Source of the DNA: an uncultured Thermodesulfobacteriota bacterium
Lineage (GTDB): Bacteria; Desulfobacterota; GWC2-55-46; JADFVP01
Length of the DNA: 64,000 nucleotides
Direction of reading: 5' to 3'
Assembly (NCBI GenBank): GCA_964472295.1
Contig: CAYYJQ010000009.1
Location: forward strand, 244-64,243
Positions within the stretch are counted from its first letter, which is position 1, and the number at the start of each line of letters is the position of its first letter. Under the pieces are notes generated by a model, which saw only the letters and a list, made by a program, of their open reading frames with translations, made no database searches and was not told the DNA's origin. Both the position numbers and the translations under genes were made by a program. Shown in pieces: positions 47,482 to 56,731 of the stretch.

Positions 47482-48669
47482 TCAGGCCGAGACAAGCCTA
47501 CTCTGGAGCCAGCCCCGGAGGACCTTCCATGGCTTGGAGCGTATCTTCGAGCATATCCACTCGTAGAAGTTCTCATTGGACTCCCTGCCACGAATCACGT
47601 CATAGTACCTTCGCATTATGTTGGGTTCTTTCTCAAGGAGTTTATACCATAACCTCGGATAGTTATAGACAAGGCTTCCCATCTTGTCAGCGGCCATGAA
47701 CTCGGGGTAGAGTTCCTTCTCAACCCAGTTCTGGTATGCGCCAAGGTCGGCGGAACCCGTCTTCACGCACTCTGCTATGGCCCCTGCCGCGGCCTTTGCA
47801 GTGCGTATGGCGTAGTATATGCCCTCTCCAAGGAAGGGGTCCACAAGGTGACCCGTGTCGCCCGCAAGGGCCACCCTGCCCTTTACGGCGCGAAGAGAGG
47901 CCGCCTTTTCGTAAAATATGGGCACGGTCCAGCCGCTTCGCTCATCCACATGAAGGCCCTTGAGGAGCGGATGTGTCTTTATAAAGGTATTGAAGTAATC
48001 CTTGATGCCGCCTCTCACCTTCATGGCCTCTCCGGCAAGTCCCACTGAGAGGTACTTTTCCTTGGGAAATATCCAGCCATAACCAAAGGGAACAAGGCCG
48101 AAGTCTATGAAGAGTTTTCCCTCGATGTCCTTTGCGAGGCTCCTGTCATAGGGGACCTCGGCGGTTATGGAGACTGCGGCTTCTCTGGGATCAAAACCAA
48201 AATAATCTCTTCCCACAAGGCCGGCGGCCCCGTCAGCGCCCACAAGGAACCTTGCCCTGTAAGTCTGCCCAGATTCGGTAATTACTGAGACAGAGCCCTC
48301 TTCCTCGGAAATTTTCCTTATCCTGCACCCGTCAAAGAGCTCGGCGCCGGCGTCAGCGGCCCTTCTGAAGATAAGGTCATCGAAGCGGTCCCGCATGACA
48401 TTATAGCCAACGGTCTTCTCGGAGAGTATCTCCATCTCGCGGCCAGATCTGAAGGTAAAAACAGCGCCGCGGACCGTATCCTCCACCACAGGGGATATAT
48501 CAAAACCCAGAAGCCCCTCGACCTTTGTCGAGATGCAACCGCCGCATGGCTTGTACCTTGGAAATCTGGCCTTGTCAAAGCCTGCTACCTTGAGGCCCTC
48601 TCGCGCGAGTTCATACGCAGCGGTGGAACCGGCCGGGCCAAGGCCTACCACAATTGCGTCATATAACAT
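47482..48669 (-). CDS. FAD-dependent geranylgeranyl reductase family oxidoreductase.
   Basis: MLYDAIVVGLGPAGSTAAYELAREGLKVAGFDKARFPRYKPCGGCIS is the GGR-family N-terminus with the PCGG motif. 395 aa. Confidence 0.7.
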   Translation of the reverse strand: MLYDAIVVGLGPAGSTAAYELAREGLKVAGFDKARFPRYKPCGGCISTKVEGLLGFDISPVVEDTVRGAVFTFRSGREMEILSEKTVGYNVMRDRFDDLIFRRAADAGAELFDGCRIRKISEEEGSVSVITESGQTYRARFLVGADGAAGLVGRDYFGFDPREAAVSITAEVPYDRSLAKDIEGKLFIDFGLVPFGYGWIFPKEKYLSVGLAGEAMKVRGGIKDYFNTFIKTHPLLKGLHVDERSGWTVPIFYEKAASLRAVKGRVALAGDTGHLVDPFLGEGIYYAIRTAKAAAGAIAECVKTGSADLGAYQNWVEKELYPEFMAADKMGSLVYNYPRLWYKLLEKEPNIMRRYYDVIRGRESNENFYEWICSKIRSKPWKVLRGWLQSRLVSA

Positions 48670-48672
48670 GGA

Positions 48673-49215
48673 TTATTTCTCCCCCTCCACTGTGTATTCC
48701 ATCTTGTCGCAACAAAAACCAGTCTCCCTCAGGGCGTCGCTCTCCCACTGGAGGAGTTTAAGATGCCCCTCTTCCATCTTGAGGAGTTCTCCGAGGAGTT
48801 GCTTCTGAAGGTCGTCATCGGCGTTGTCAAGAAGACGAGAGTAAAACTCAACGGCCTTCTCCTCGTTCTCAATGCCTATCTCTATGGCGGTTATGTCCGA
48901 CTGGTTGGCGTCAAAACGGTCAAGAAGGTCGTTCTTGCCCTGAAAGATGGGAAGCCCCTCTTTTGTATCTTCCGAGCCCTGTTTCACGGCATCAGAGTAG
49001 TTCATCCAGCCAAGGCCTTCCTTCAGGGAAGAGGCTATGGCCTTGATGGCCCTGATGTGGTCTATCTCGTCAGATGCGAGATGTGAAAAGACATCCCTGC
49101 CTTTCTCATCACTCATCATCTCAGCCGCGGCCTTGTAGAAGTAATACCCCTTTAGCTCCGTATTGTGAGCCAGGCTGAGTTCATCGGCCAGTTCCTGCAT
49201 CTCTCTCTCACCCAT
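48673..49215 (-). CDS. Rubrerythrin/ferritin-like di-iron protein.
   Basis: Two ExxH sites (SDEIDHIRA; MEEGHLKLL) sit in a four-helix-bundle pattern. I chose the start at MGEREMQ, with GGAGGAGAG upstream. The longer track start overlaps the upstream gene. Confidence 0.55.
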   Translation of the reverse strand: MGEREMQELADELSLAHNTELKGYYFYKAAAEMMSDEKGRDVFSHLASDEIDHIRAIKAIASSLKEGLGWMNYSDAVKQGSEDTKEGLPIFQGKNDLLDRFDANQSDITAIEIGIENEEKAVEFYSRLLDNADDDLQKQLLGELLKMEEGHLKLLQWESDALRETGFCCDKMEYTVEGEK

Positions 49216-49261
49216 AACTCTCTCCTCCATTATCAGGCAGTAGTGAAGATGACTGTCCTCG

Positions 49262-49462
49262 TTATCTGCGCCCCGTGTCTGTCCTTCCGGCCTTATTGAC
49301 CTCGTGCTGATGCTCAAGGACCTCGCCCCGCACCTTGTCCTCGCAGGCGTGACAGATGGTCATGGGCGAGGGCCTCCCGCAGAGCGTACAGACGTGCTCT
49401 TTTTTTTCTTCCTGCTTCTCTTCTTTTTCCTTTTTTTCCTTGTCCTTGACCTCTTCTTCCAT
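49262..49462 (-). CDS. Small zinc-ribbon protein with an acidic/lysine-rich N-terminal tail.
   Basis: 66 aa. CTLCGRP...CHAC CxxC-X10-CxxC. Low complexity upstream. Confidence 0.4.
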   Translation of the reverse strand: MEEEVKDKEKKEKEEKQEEKKEHVCTLCGRPSPMTICHACEDKVRGEVLEHQHEVNKAGRTDTGRR

Positions 49463-49587
49463 CGTCGCCTCCTCAAGTATGGCCTGAATTGCCGCCGCAA
49501 GGCTTGAGCGCCGGTTTTGTATTGACTGTCAACGGGTTAAGGCAAACCATCAAACCACTTAATAAGGGGCCTCTCCTGAGAAATCAT

Positions 49588-49650
49588 GCCCCACCCGCGC
49601 CTAACCCCCTCCCACCTTGCCGCCTTTACCGGCCCATGGAATACCCCCCC
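49588..49650. repeat. G-run tract on the minus sense strand immediately 3' of the MidA-like gene.
   Basis: gccccacccgcgcctaaccccctcccaccttgccgcctttaccggcccatggaataccccccccta. Confidence 0.5.
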
Positions 49651-50781
49651 CTAAAGGTAGCGGCTCATGTCACGGAAGGAAAAACCCTTCAATTGAGCGG
49701 CCTCTTCGCCGCCCTTCTCCTGCACAAGGACCTTGAAGGTATCACCCATGCCGCCAGGGGATATAAGGCTGGCGATGGCCCTGTTATGCTCTATCTTCTC
49801 GTAGTCCTTGAGCCCAGCGGCCTCTGTCTCTATTAGTTCCTCAAGGACACCGAGGCCAAGGAGAAAATTCTTCTGAGTCGTAAAACCAGAGAGCCTGAGC
49901 CCAGCCTCATTGCCGCAACGAACAAGGCGCGTAAAATCAATGTGGCTCGTAATGTCCTGCCTGCCTATCTTCTCATAGGGCTCGAAATTGGGCCTGTGGC
50001 GATAGTGGCACATGAGCGTCCCGCCTATCCTGTCAGGGCCGTATAGCTCGCGGGCAGGCAGACCGTAATCTATGGTGATTATAAAGCCCCTCTTGAGTAT
50101 CTCCGCGGCCCGCTCTATCCAGGGGCCGGCCATAAGGTTTACCTCGGCCCTCTGGCCCTCAAGAAGGGTTATGCCGGCATCTCTGAAGTAGTCCGAAAGG
50201 GCTGGGTCCGAGAGCTCACCCTCCACGTCCTTGAGGCGCCCGTACTCACTGCCAACATAAATTTCCCTGAGTTCCCCTTCGCTGAAACGCAGGCGGTGGA
50301 AGGGGAAACTGTCAATCAGTTCGTTGGAGATGATTACGCCGTGCTCCAGGCTCGCGGCCAACGGAAGGTCGCCCTGCCAGGTGACCTTCTCTCTCCTCTC
50401 CCCTTGAAGCCCAGGGTTCCTCTCTACAAGGACAACGCTAATGGCCTCATAAAGCCGAGGGGCAGTCTCCTTGATGGTATCGAGTATCCCCGTGGCCAGG
50501 TGACCCCTTCCTGCCCCGGCCTCTATAAGGACAAAATCATCTGGCGCGCCAAGGGTCTCCCACATCTCCATGATCGAGGCGGCCATAACCCTTGAAAATA
50601 CAGGGCTTACATCTATGCTCGTAATATAATCGCCGCCCTCGCCCCATGGGCCGCGGCTTGATGTGTAATAACCGCCATCTGGCCAGTAGAGCGCAACTTC
50701 CATGAACTCCGCAAAGGTAATGGGGCCTTTTTTCTCAATCCTTCTAAGAATCTCGGCCCTTGGGCCGTCCTTCTCACTCAT
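49651..50781 (-). CDS. MidA/NDUFAF7-family (DUF185) SAM-dependent methyltransferase.
   Basis: ITFAEFMEVALYWPDGGYYTS and FVLIEAGAGRGHLATGIL match the MidA family N-terminal and SAM-binding motifs. 376 aa. Confidence 0.75.
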   Translation of the reverse strand: MSEKDGPRAEILRRIEKKGPITFAEFMEVALYWPDGGYYTSSRGPWGEGGDYITSIDVSPVFSRVMAASIMEMWETLGAPDDFVLIEAGAGRGHLATGILDTIKETAPRLYEAISVVLVERNPGLQGERREKVTWQGDLPLAASLEHGVIISNELIDSFPFHRLRFSEGELREIYVGSEYGRLKDVEGELSDPALSDYFRDAGITLLEGQRAEVNLMAGPWIERAAEILKRGFIITIDYGLPARELYGPDRIGGTLMCHYRHRPNFEPYEKIGRQDITSHIDFTRLVRCGNEAGLRLSGFTTQKNFLLGLGVLEELIETEAAGLKDYEKIEHNRAIASLISPGGMGDTFKVLVQEKGGEEAAQLKGFSFRDMSRYL

Positions 50782-50838
50782 GACAGGGCCTTCCTCGTCA
50801 CTGCCCCCTCTGCCCCTCCCGCGCCAACTGTAACATCC

Positions 50839-50973
50839 GCCGCCTTACTCTTCAACAAAGGCCTCTCTTGGGGCGTAACACTCGGGACAACTCTCAGGAG
50901 GCTCATAGGCCTCGCATACATAGCCGCACACAGTGCACCGCCACTTCTTCTTGAGTCTCATGGTCTCTGCCAT
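50839..50973 (-). CDS. Unlisted 44-aa rubredoxin-like CxxC-X17-CxxC mini-protein.
   Basis: By hand: ATG GCA GAG ACC ATG AGA CTC AAG AAG AAG TGG CGG TGC ACT GTG TGC GGC ... TAA gives MAETMRLKKKWRCTVCGYVCEAYEPPESCPECYAPREAFVEE. It is below the ORF-track size cut-off. Confidence 0.45.
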
Positions 50974-51269
50974 ATTCCAAGACCTCCGTTTTTACAGTAT
51001 AAAAGCAGGGCAAAACCCCTATGGCCTGAAAAATACAGGCCCACTCAATACATGACCCGGATTTCAGATCTCTTTCTTTATGGGAAATCCTATTTTATAC
51101 GTTTTTACAGGCAGGTGCAACATAAAACTACAGCATGGTATCAGCGAAAGCCTGATTAACAAGGCACACTCAAAGACAAAGGATGAAGATTAGAGCATTG
51201 ACAATACAGACCACTATGCTCTAATGGAAAGAAGAGAGGGAAAGGGAAAGAGAGAAAAAAAAGATTTTC

Positions 51270-51299
51270 CTTACTTTCTTTTAGAAAAAAGAAAGTAAG
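51270..51299. repeat. AT-rich palindrome family, copy P3: CTTACTTTCTTTT-AGAA-AAAAGAAAGTAAG, with 13-bp perfect arms. The AAAGAAAACCAAT box follows.
   Basis: Read directly; identical over 48 nt to copy P4. It lies ~125 nt upstream of the aconitase-family gene. Confidence 0.7.
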
Positions 51300-51422
51300 A
51301 CAAAGAAAACCAATAGGAGGCGAGGTTTTTTTGTATCTCTGAGCCGCACCTCCGCCCTACACGGCAGCGCGGTTTTGAAAAAGTAAGACAGGGAAAACCA
51401 ATGGCCCGGACGTGAGTGAAAG

Positions 51423-53369
51423 ATGAAAAGGCCTCTTGCCAGAAAAATAATAGAAGACCATCTTGAGAGCGGCAGATGGGAACCAGGCACAGAAGCGGCC
51501 ATGAGGGTCGACCAGACCCTCACGCAGGACGCCACGGGCACGCTCGCCTATCTTGAACTCGAGGCCCTGGGCATTGACAGAATCTCCACCGAACTCTCTG
51601 TCAGCTACGTGGACCACAACCTTCTTCAGACAGACTTCAAGAACGCCGACGACCACCGCTTTCTTCAGACCTCGGCAATGCGCTATGGCCTTTATTTCTC
51701 GCCTCCCGGCAACGGCGTATCACACCCCGTACACATGGAGCGCTTTGGCGTGCCGGGAAAGACCCTCCTTGGCTCGGACAGCCACACATCCACTGCCGGA
51801 GCCCTCGGCATGATAGCCATAGGCGCCGGCGGACTTGACGTGGCACTTGCCATGGCTGGAGAACCCTTTCACCTGAAGATACCAGAGGTCTTTGGCGTAA
51901 GGCTCACCGGAAGACTCAGTCCCTGGGTCTCGGCAAAGGACATTATACTCGAGATGCTCCGGCGCCACAGCGTAAAGGGCGGTGTGGGTTATATTATAGA
52001 GTACTTCGGCCCCGGCGTCCGCGCACTCTCGGCCACAGAACGGGCAACCATAGCAAACATGGGCGCGGAACTCGGGGCCACGACAAGCATATTCCCCTCG
52101 GACGAAAGGACACGGGAATTTCTAAGAAGACAGGGCCGTGGTGACGCGTGGCGACCGATCCATGCGGACCCTGGCGCGCCTTATGACAAGGTGGATGAAA
52201 TAGACCTCTTGGCCCTTGAACCCCTTGCCGCGCGGCCCGGTTCACCTGACGATGTAGTTCCTGTCGGAGAACTCAAAGACATAGAAGCCGCGCAGGTCAT
52301 CATCGGCTCTTCCGTGAATTTTTCCTTCCACGACCTCATGATAGTGGCCCGCGCCCTTGAAGGCCGGACCATTCACCCCGGCATTAGCCTTGAGATAAAC
52401 CCCGGCTCTCGAAACGCCCTTGAAAACGTCGAGCGTGCCGGTGGGACGCGGCTACTCACCCACGCGGGCGCCCGCATAAACCAGTCAGGATGCCTTGGAT
52501 GCATAGGCATGGGGCAGGCCCCGGCAACAGGCACGGTCTCGGTGCGCACCTTTCCTCGAAACTTCAAGGGCAGAAGCGGCACGGAAGACGATCAGGTCTA
52601 CCTCGTAAGCCCCGAAACCGCCGTCGCGACGGCAATCACTGGCCGCATTACAGACCCGCGCACCCTTGGCCCCTTACCCCGCGTTATCGAACCCAAAAAA
52701 TACATATATAATGACTCGATAATCATTAAACCCCTGCCCGAGAAAGAACGGAGAAAAGTCCGGGTAGCAAGGGGCCCCAATATAAAACCCTTCCCAAGGT
52801 TCACGCGCCTCCCGGCAAACTTCAGCGGCAAGGTCCTCCTGAAGATGGGCGACAACGTGACAACTGACCATATCCTGCCGGCAGGTAACCGCATACTGCC
52901 CTTCAGGAGCAATATACCGAGCATAAGTGAATTCGCCTTCGAGCGTATTGACAGAACCTTTGCCGCGCGTTGCAAGGCCGCTGGAGGCGGCATTGTAGTA
53001 GGGGGAGAGAACTACGGACAGGGCTCGTCGCGCGAACACGCCGCCATAGCCCCACGATACCTCGGCATAAGGATAAAAATAGCAAAATCCTTTGCCCGCA
53101 TTCACCGCGCAAACCTCATAAACATGGGCATCATACCCCTCACCTTTGCCTCCCCCTCGGGATACAATAAGATAAAAGAAGGAGACACCGTAGACTTCCC
53201 GAATATAAGAGAGGCCTTAAAAAAAGGACGTGACTCCGTAATAGCCGTAATCAGAAAGAAAAAACCTGTAAACATAACCCTGAAGATGGACCTCGGCAAG
53301 AGAGAGAGAAAAAATATCCTCGCCGGAGGACTCCTTAACGCAGTAAGAAAAAGACGAGAAAAGAAGTAA
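51423..53369 (+). CDS. Aconitase-family hydratase (aconitase/homoaconitase-like). The large and swivel domains are fused.
   Basis: 648 aa. ...GSDSHTSTAGALGMIAIGAGGLDVALAMAG... is the aconitase Fe-S ligand region. Cys ligands lie in CLGCIGMG, and the C-terminus is a swivel domain. Confidence 0.75.
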   Translation: MKRPLARKIIEDHLESGRWEPGTEAAMRVDQTLTQDATGTLAYLELEALGIDRISTELSVSYVDHNLLQTDFKNADDHRFLQTSAMRYGLYFSPPGNGVSHPVHMERFGVPGKTLLGSDSHTSTAGALGMIAIGAGGLDVALAMAGEPFHLKIPEVFGVRLTGRLSPWVSAKDIILEMLRRHSVKGGVGYIIEYFGPGVRALSATERATIANMGAELGATTSIFPSDERTREFLRRQGRGDAWRPIHADPGAPYDKVDEIDLLALEPLAARPGSPDDVVPVGELKDIEAAQVIIGSSVNFSFHDLMIVARALEGRTIHPGISLEINPGSRNALENVERAGGTRLLTHAGARINQSGCLGCIGMGQAPATGTVSVRTFPRNFKGRSGTEDDQVYLVSPETAVATAITGRITDPRTLGPLPRVIEPKKYIYNDSIIIKPLPEKERRKVRVARGPNIKPFPRFTRLPANFSGKVLLKMGDNVTTDHILPAGNRILPFRSNIPSISEFAFERIDRTFAARCKAAGGGIVVGGENYGQGSSREHAAIAPRYLGIRIKIAKSFARIHRANLINMGIIPLTFASPSGYNKIKEGDTVDFPNIREALKKGRDSVIAVIRKKKPVNITLKMDLGKRERKNILAGGLLNAVRKRREKK

Positions 53370-53406
53370 AAAATAAGAAGAAAGAAGAGATAAGAAAAGA
53401 TATTTC

Positions 53407-53436
53407 CTTACTTTCTTTTAGAAAAAAGAAAGTAAG
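53407..53436. repeat. AT-rich palindrome family, copy P4 (identical to P3), followed by ACAAAGAAAACCAAT.
   Basis: It lies ~100 nt upstream of the putative cpgS start. Confidence 0.7.
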
Positions 53437-53533
53437 ACAAAGAAAACCAATGGGTTTTCACTCTACCCTCTCTTTCCTCCTCCCCCAGGGCCTCTCTCTT
53501 GATTTCGACTGACAATCAGTATATGCTCATAAC

Positions 53534-54865
53534 ATGAAGAAAAAAATCATCATAATGGGCGCCGCGGGCCGTGATTTTCATAACTTCAATGTCCTCATGA
53601 GGGATAACCCTGAATATGAGGTAAAGGCCTTTACAGCCGCGCAGATACCGTTCATCGAAGAACGCACATATCCCGCGGAACTCGCGGGTCCGCTCTACCC
53701 CGGGGGCATCCCCATATACTCTGAAGACAGGCTCGAAGCCCTCATAAAAGACCTCGCCATAGACGAGGTCCTCTTCTCATACAGCGACATCTCCTACACC
53801 GGGCTCATGCATAAGGCCTCGCTCGTGAACGCCGCCGGCGCCGCCTTTACCCTCCCTGACCCCTCACGCACCATGCTCGCTTCAACAAAGCCCCTAATAT
53901 CCGTATGCGCCGTAAGGACGGGCTGCGGAAAGAGCGCCGCGACAAGATACATCGCGGGCATTATTAAGAATTCCGGCCTCCGGCCCGTTGCCATACGCCA
54001 CCCCATGCCCTACGGGATACTCAATAAAGAACGGGCAATACAGCGCTTTGCCGCCCTCGAAGACATTAGAGAACAGGAATGCACCATCGAGGAGATGGAA
54101 GAATATGAGCCCCTCGTGGAGGCGGGCATTGTAGTCTACGCGGGCATAGACTACGAGGCCATCCTCAGAAGGGCCGAAGAAGAGGCGGATGTAATAATCT
54201 GGGACGGCGGCAATAACGACACGCCCTTTTACCGCCCAGACCTCGCCGTAACCATAGCCGACCCACTTCGCCCCGGTGATGAGCGCGCCTATTACCCCGG
54301 AGAGACGAATGTGCGCCTCTCTGACTGCGTAATAATAAACAAGGCCCGCTCGGCAACAGCGCCCGCCATCAAGGACGTTGTTGAGAGCGTCAAGGACATA
54401 AACCCCGGCGCTCTAATACTCCGCACCGCCTTTACCCTGACCATAACAGGAGAACTCGAACCACATAAAAAGGTCCTCGTCGTCGAGGACGGCCCAACGC
54501 TCACACACGGGGGCATGACCCTTGGCGCTGGAGTAGCCGCCTGCAGGGAGCATGGCTGGGTCCCGGTGGACCCCCGGCCACATGCCGTTGGCTCCATAAG
54601 GGATACCTTTAATAAATACCCCCATGTAAGAGGGCTCCTCCCTGCCATGGGATACTCGCCGGAACAGGTCCGTGAACTTGAAGAGACTATTAACGCCGCG
54701 CCCGCGGACGCCGTGGTAATAGCCACCCCCATTGACCTTGGCCGGATTACGAGGATAAAAAAACCAGTCATAAGGGTAACCTACGAGATTGACGACTTCG
54801 ATGACCATGGCCTCAGGGCACTTATAGAGGGCTTTATAAAAAAAATCTCCGAGGTGAAAGGATGA
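53534..54865 (+). CDS. cpgS: Putative cyclic 2,3-diphosphoglycerate synthetase (CpgS family).
   Basis: 443 aa. The N-terminus MKKKIIIMGAAGRDFHNFN and a P-loop-like RTGCGKSAATRYIA fit my recollection of the archaeal cDPG synthetase family. This rests on memory and needs confirming by search. Confidence 0.45.
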   Translation: MKKKIIIMGAAGRDFHNFNVLMRDNPEYEVKAFTAAQIPFIEERTYPAELAGPLYPGGIPIYSEDRLEALIKDLAIDEVLFSYSDISYTGLMHKASLVNAAGAAFTLPDPSRTMLASTKPLISVCAVRTGCGKSAATRYIAGIIKNSGLRPVAIRHPMPYGILNKERAIQRFAALEDIREQECTIEEMEEYEPLVEAGIVVYAGIDYEAILRRAEEEADVIIWDGGNNDTPFYRPDLAVTIADPLRPGDERAYYPGETNVRLSDCVIINKARSATAPAIKDVVESVKDINPGALILRTAFTLTITGELEPHKKVLVVEDGPTLTHGGMTLGAGVAACREHGWVPVDPRPHAVGSIRDTFNKYPHVRGLLPAMGYSPEQVRELEETINAAPADAVVIATPIDLGRITRIKKPVIRVTYEIDDFDDHGLRALIEGFIKKISEVKG

Positions 54866-55710
54866 AGGGGTTTACCGCATACCTTGCCAAACGCTACATC
54901 GCCGGTGATGAGCGAAGCGATGCGCTGAAGGTCTGCCGCGCTCTTAACGAACTCGGCATCACCGCCACAGTGGACGTGCTCGGCGAGGGCGTCACTGACG
55001 AGGCCCATGCCCGCGCCGCCGTGGAAGAATACACTGCCCTCCTCCATGATATAAAAGAGACGGGCGTTGAAGCCTCCATCTCGCTGAAACTCACTCACCT
55101 TGGCCTTGATATTTCTCATGCCCTTACAGAAGAAAACCTCTCGGCCATACTCAGAGAGGCCCGGCGCTTGAAGATATTCACGCGGCTTGACATGGAGCGC
55201 TCCCAGTACACGGAAGACACCCTGAGTATCTTTTTGAAGGTCCACGAGGACTACCCAAACTCTGGAATTGCCATACAGAGCGCGCTTGTGAGGAGCGAAA
55301 GAGATGTAAAACGCCTCATCGATGCCAGGGCCAGCGTCCGCCTTGTAAAAGGGGCCTACATGGAACCCCCTGGCGTGGCCTTTCAGGAAAAAAAACTCGT
55401 TGACATAAACTACGTCACCATCATGAAAGAATTACTCACAGGCGGCAGCCGCCCGGCCATAGCCACACACGACGAGGCAATAATCAACGAGGCAAAGGAA
55501 TTCATAATCGAGAAGAAGATAAAAAAGGACGCCTTTGAGTTCCAGATGCTACTTGGAATAAAGAGGTCGCTTCAAAAAGAACTTGCAAAAGAAGGCTTCA
55601 GGGTGCGCGTCTACGTTCCCTATGGAAAGGACTGGCTTGCCTATGTGCTACGGCGTCTCAAGGAGCGAAAGGAAAATATCTTTTTCGTGGTGAGAAATAT
55701 TCTGGACTGA
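54862..55710 (+). CDS. Proline dehydrogenase (small monofunctional PRODH family).
   Basis: RLVKGAY motif (ASVRLVKGAYMEPPG) and C-terminal RVYVPYGKDWLAYVLRRLKERKENIFFVVRNIL are characteristic of PRODH. 282 aa. Confidence 0.65.
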   Translation: MKGFTAYLAKRYIAGDERSDALKVCRALNELGITATVDVLGEGVTDEAHARAAVEEYTALLHDIKETGVEASISLKLTHLGLDISHALTEENLSAILREARRLKIFTRLDMERSQYTEDTLSIFLKVHEDYPNSGIAIQSALVRSERDVKRLIDARASVRLVKGAYMEPPGVAFQEKKLVDINYVTIMKELLTGGSRPAIATHDEAIINEAKEFIIEKKIKKDAFEFQMLLGIKRSLQKELAKEGFRVRVYVPYGKDWLAYVLRRLKERKENIFFVVRNILD

Positions 55711-55721
55711 AAAGATTGGAT

Positions 55722-55768
55722 GGTGGGCACAGCCCACCCGGCTGACCGCCCTGCAAGGCGCTTTTTCA
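55722..55768 (+). terminator. Possible terminator region of the cpgS-prodh operon: hairpin GGTGGGCACAGCCCACC, then a weak CGCC-ctgcaa-GGCG stem followed by CTTTTTC.
   Basis: Read directly. There is no strong contiguous U-run, so confidence is low. Confidence 0.3.
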
Positions 55769-55885
55769 ACGACGTATATATTGCGCCAATATTGGTTTTC
55801 TTTGATGTGGTTTCTTTCTGGTAAAGTGTGTCTATTATGCGCCAGGTCCAAAAAATCCAGAGGGACATAACAGCCCAATAAAAAA

Positions 55886-55909
55886 ACTTTCTTTTTTCTA
55901 AAAGAAAGT
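55886..55909. repeat. AT-rich palindrome family, copy P5: ACTTTCTTTT-TTCT-AAAAGAAAGT. A half-site TTTACTTTCTTTTAG lies at 55927-55941 and abuts the mogA SD.
   Basis: Read directly; it lies 45-70 nt upstream of the mogA ATG. Confidence 0.65.
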
Positions 55910-55954
55910 GGGAAATTTTCTTTTGCTTTACTTTCTTTTAGAGGAGAGGCACCC

Positions 55955-56446
55955 ATGATTACAGCGGCCATACTTACAATAAGCGACAAGGGTTCCCGCG
56001 GCGAGCGCGAGGACCTGAGCGGAGCGGAGATCCGCGCCATGCTCGCCACCCTGCCTGCCGAGATAAGCGCCTACGAGATCGTACCCGACGAGACAGAGCA
56101 AATCAGCGCTAAAATCATTCATTTCACAGACGAACTTGGCGTGGACCTTGTTGTGACCACAGGCGGCACTGGCGTGACGCCCCGCGACGTTACCCCCGAA
56201 GCCACGCGGGCAGTTATTGAACGGGAACTTCCGGGCATGAGCGAGGCCATGCGCGCTGAAAGCCTCAAGAAGACTCCCCACGCCATGATCTCACGGGCCG
56301 TCTGCGGAACAAGAGGCCAGTCGCTCATAATAAACCTCCCCGGAAGCCCGCGCGGGGTGCGCGAAAACCTCGAGGTTCTCATGCCGGCGCTCATGCATAC
56401 CATAAAAAAAATTAAAGGCTCCACCGAAGAATGCGGCGGTAAATAA
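55955..56446 (+). CDS. mogA: Molybdopterin adenylyltransferase MogA/MoaB family.
   Basis: MITAAILTISDKGSRGEREDLSG...LVVTTGGTGVTPRDVTPEATR is the MogA signature. 163 aa. Confidence 0.8.
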   Translation: MITAAILTISDKGSRGEREDLSGAEIRAMLATLPAEISAYEIVPDETEQISAKIIHFTDELGVDLVVTTGGTGVTPRDVTPEATRAVIERELPGMSEAMRAESLKKTPHAMISRAVCGTRGQSLIINLPGSPRGVRENLEVLMPALMHTIKKIKGSTEECGGK

Positions 56447-56530
56447 GAGAAGAAAGAAGAGAAGAAAAAGATTGAGGAGGGCGGGCTCCGCCCGCAAAAA
56501 GAAAAAACAAAAGAAAAAGAAAGAGAATTT

Positions 56531-56557
56531 CTTACTTTCTTTTAGAAAAAAGAAAGT
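56531..56557. repeat. AT-rich palindrome family, copy P6: CTTACTTTCTTTT-AGAA-AAAAGAAAGT, followed by CTTTTGATTGGG.
   Basis: It lies in the convergent mogA/moaE intergenic region. An AAAGAAAACCAAT box (56639-56652) and a GGGTGGGCTGTGCCCACC hairpin follow. Confidence 0.65.
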
Positions 56558-56731
56558 CTTTTGATTGGGCGGCGAAGCCCATCTCAATTCTTTGGTCATT
56601 ACGCATGACAGGCAAATTTTGCCAGAAAGAAAGCGCGTCAAAGAAAACCAATAGTGGAGTAGGGTGGGCTGTGCCCACCAAAAAAAATATTGCAAGATGG
56701 GTGGAACGTAGTGAAACCCAACAAAATCACC

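Noticed and set aside
51189-51228. Hairpin TTAGAGCAT-N17-ATGCTCTAA as a terminator
   Set aside because: No U-run follows it. It contains a TTGACA-N16-TCTAAT sigma-70-like promoter in its loop, so it is more likely promoter or operator DNA. I mention it only as a leader feature.
56655-56690. GGGTGGGCTGTGCCCACC + A8 as an intrinsic terminator
   Set aside because: On either strand the homopolymer is on the wrong side: A-run after the stem on plus, U-run before the stem on minus. I reported it as a repeat family instead.
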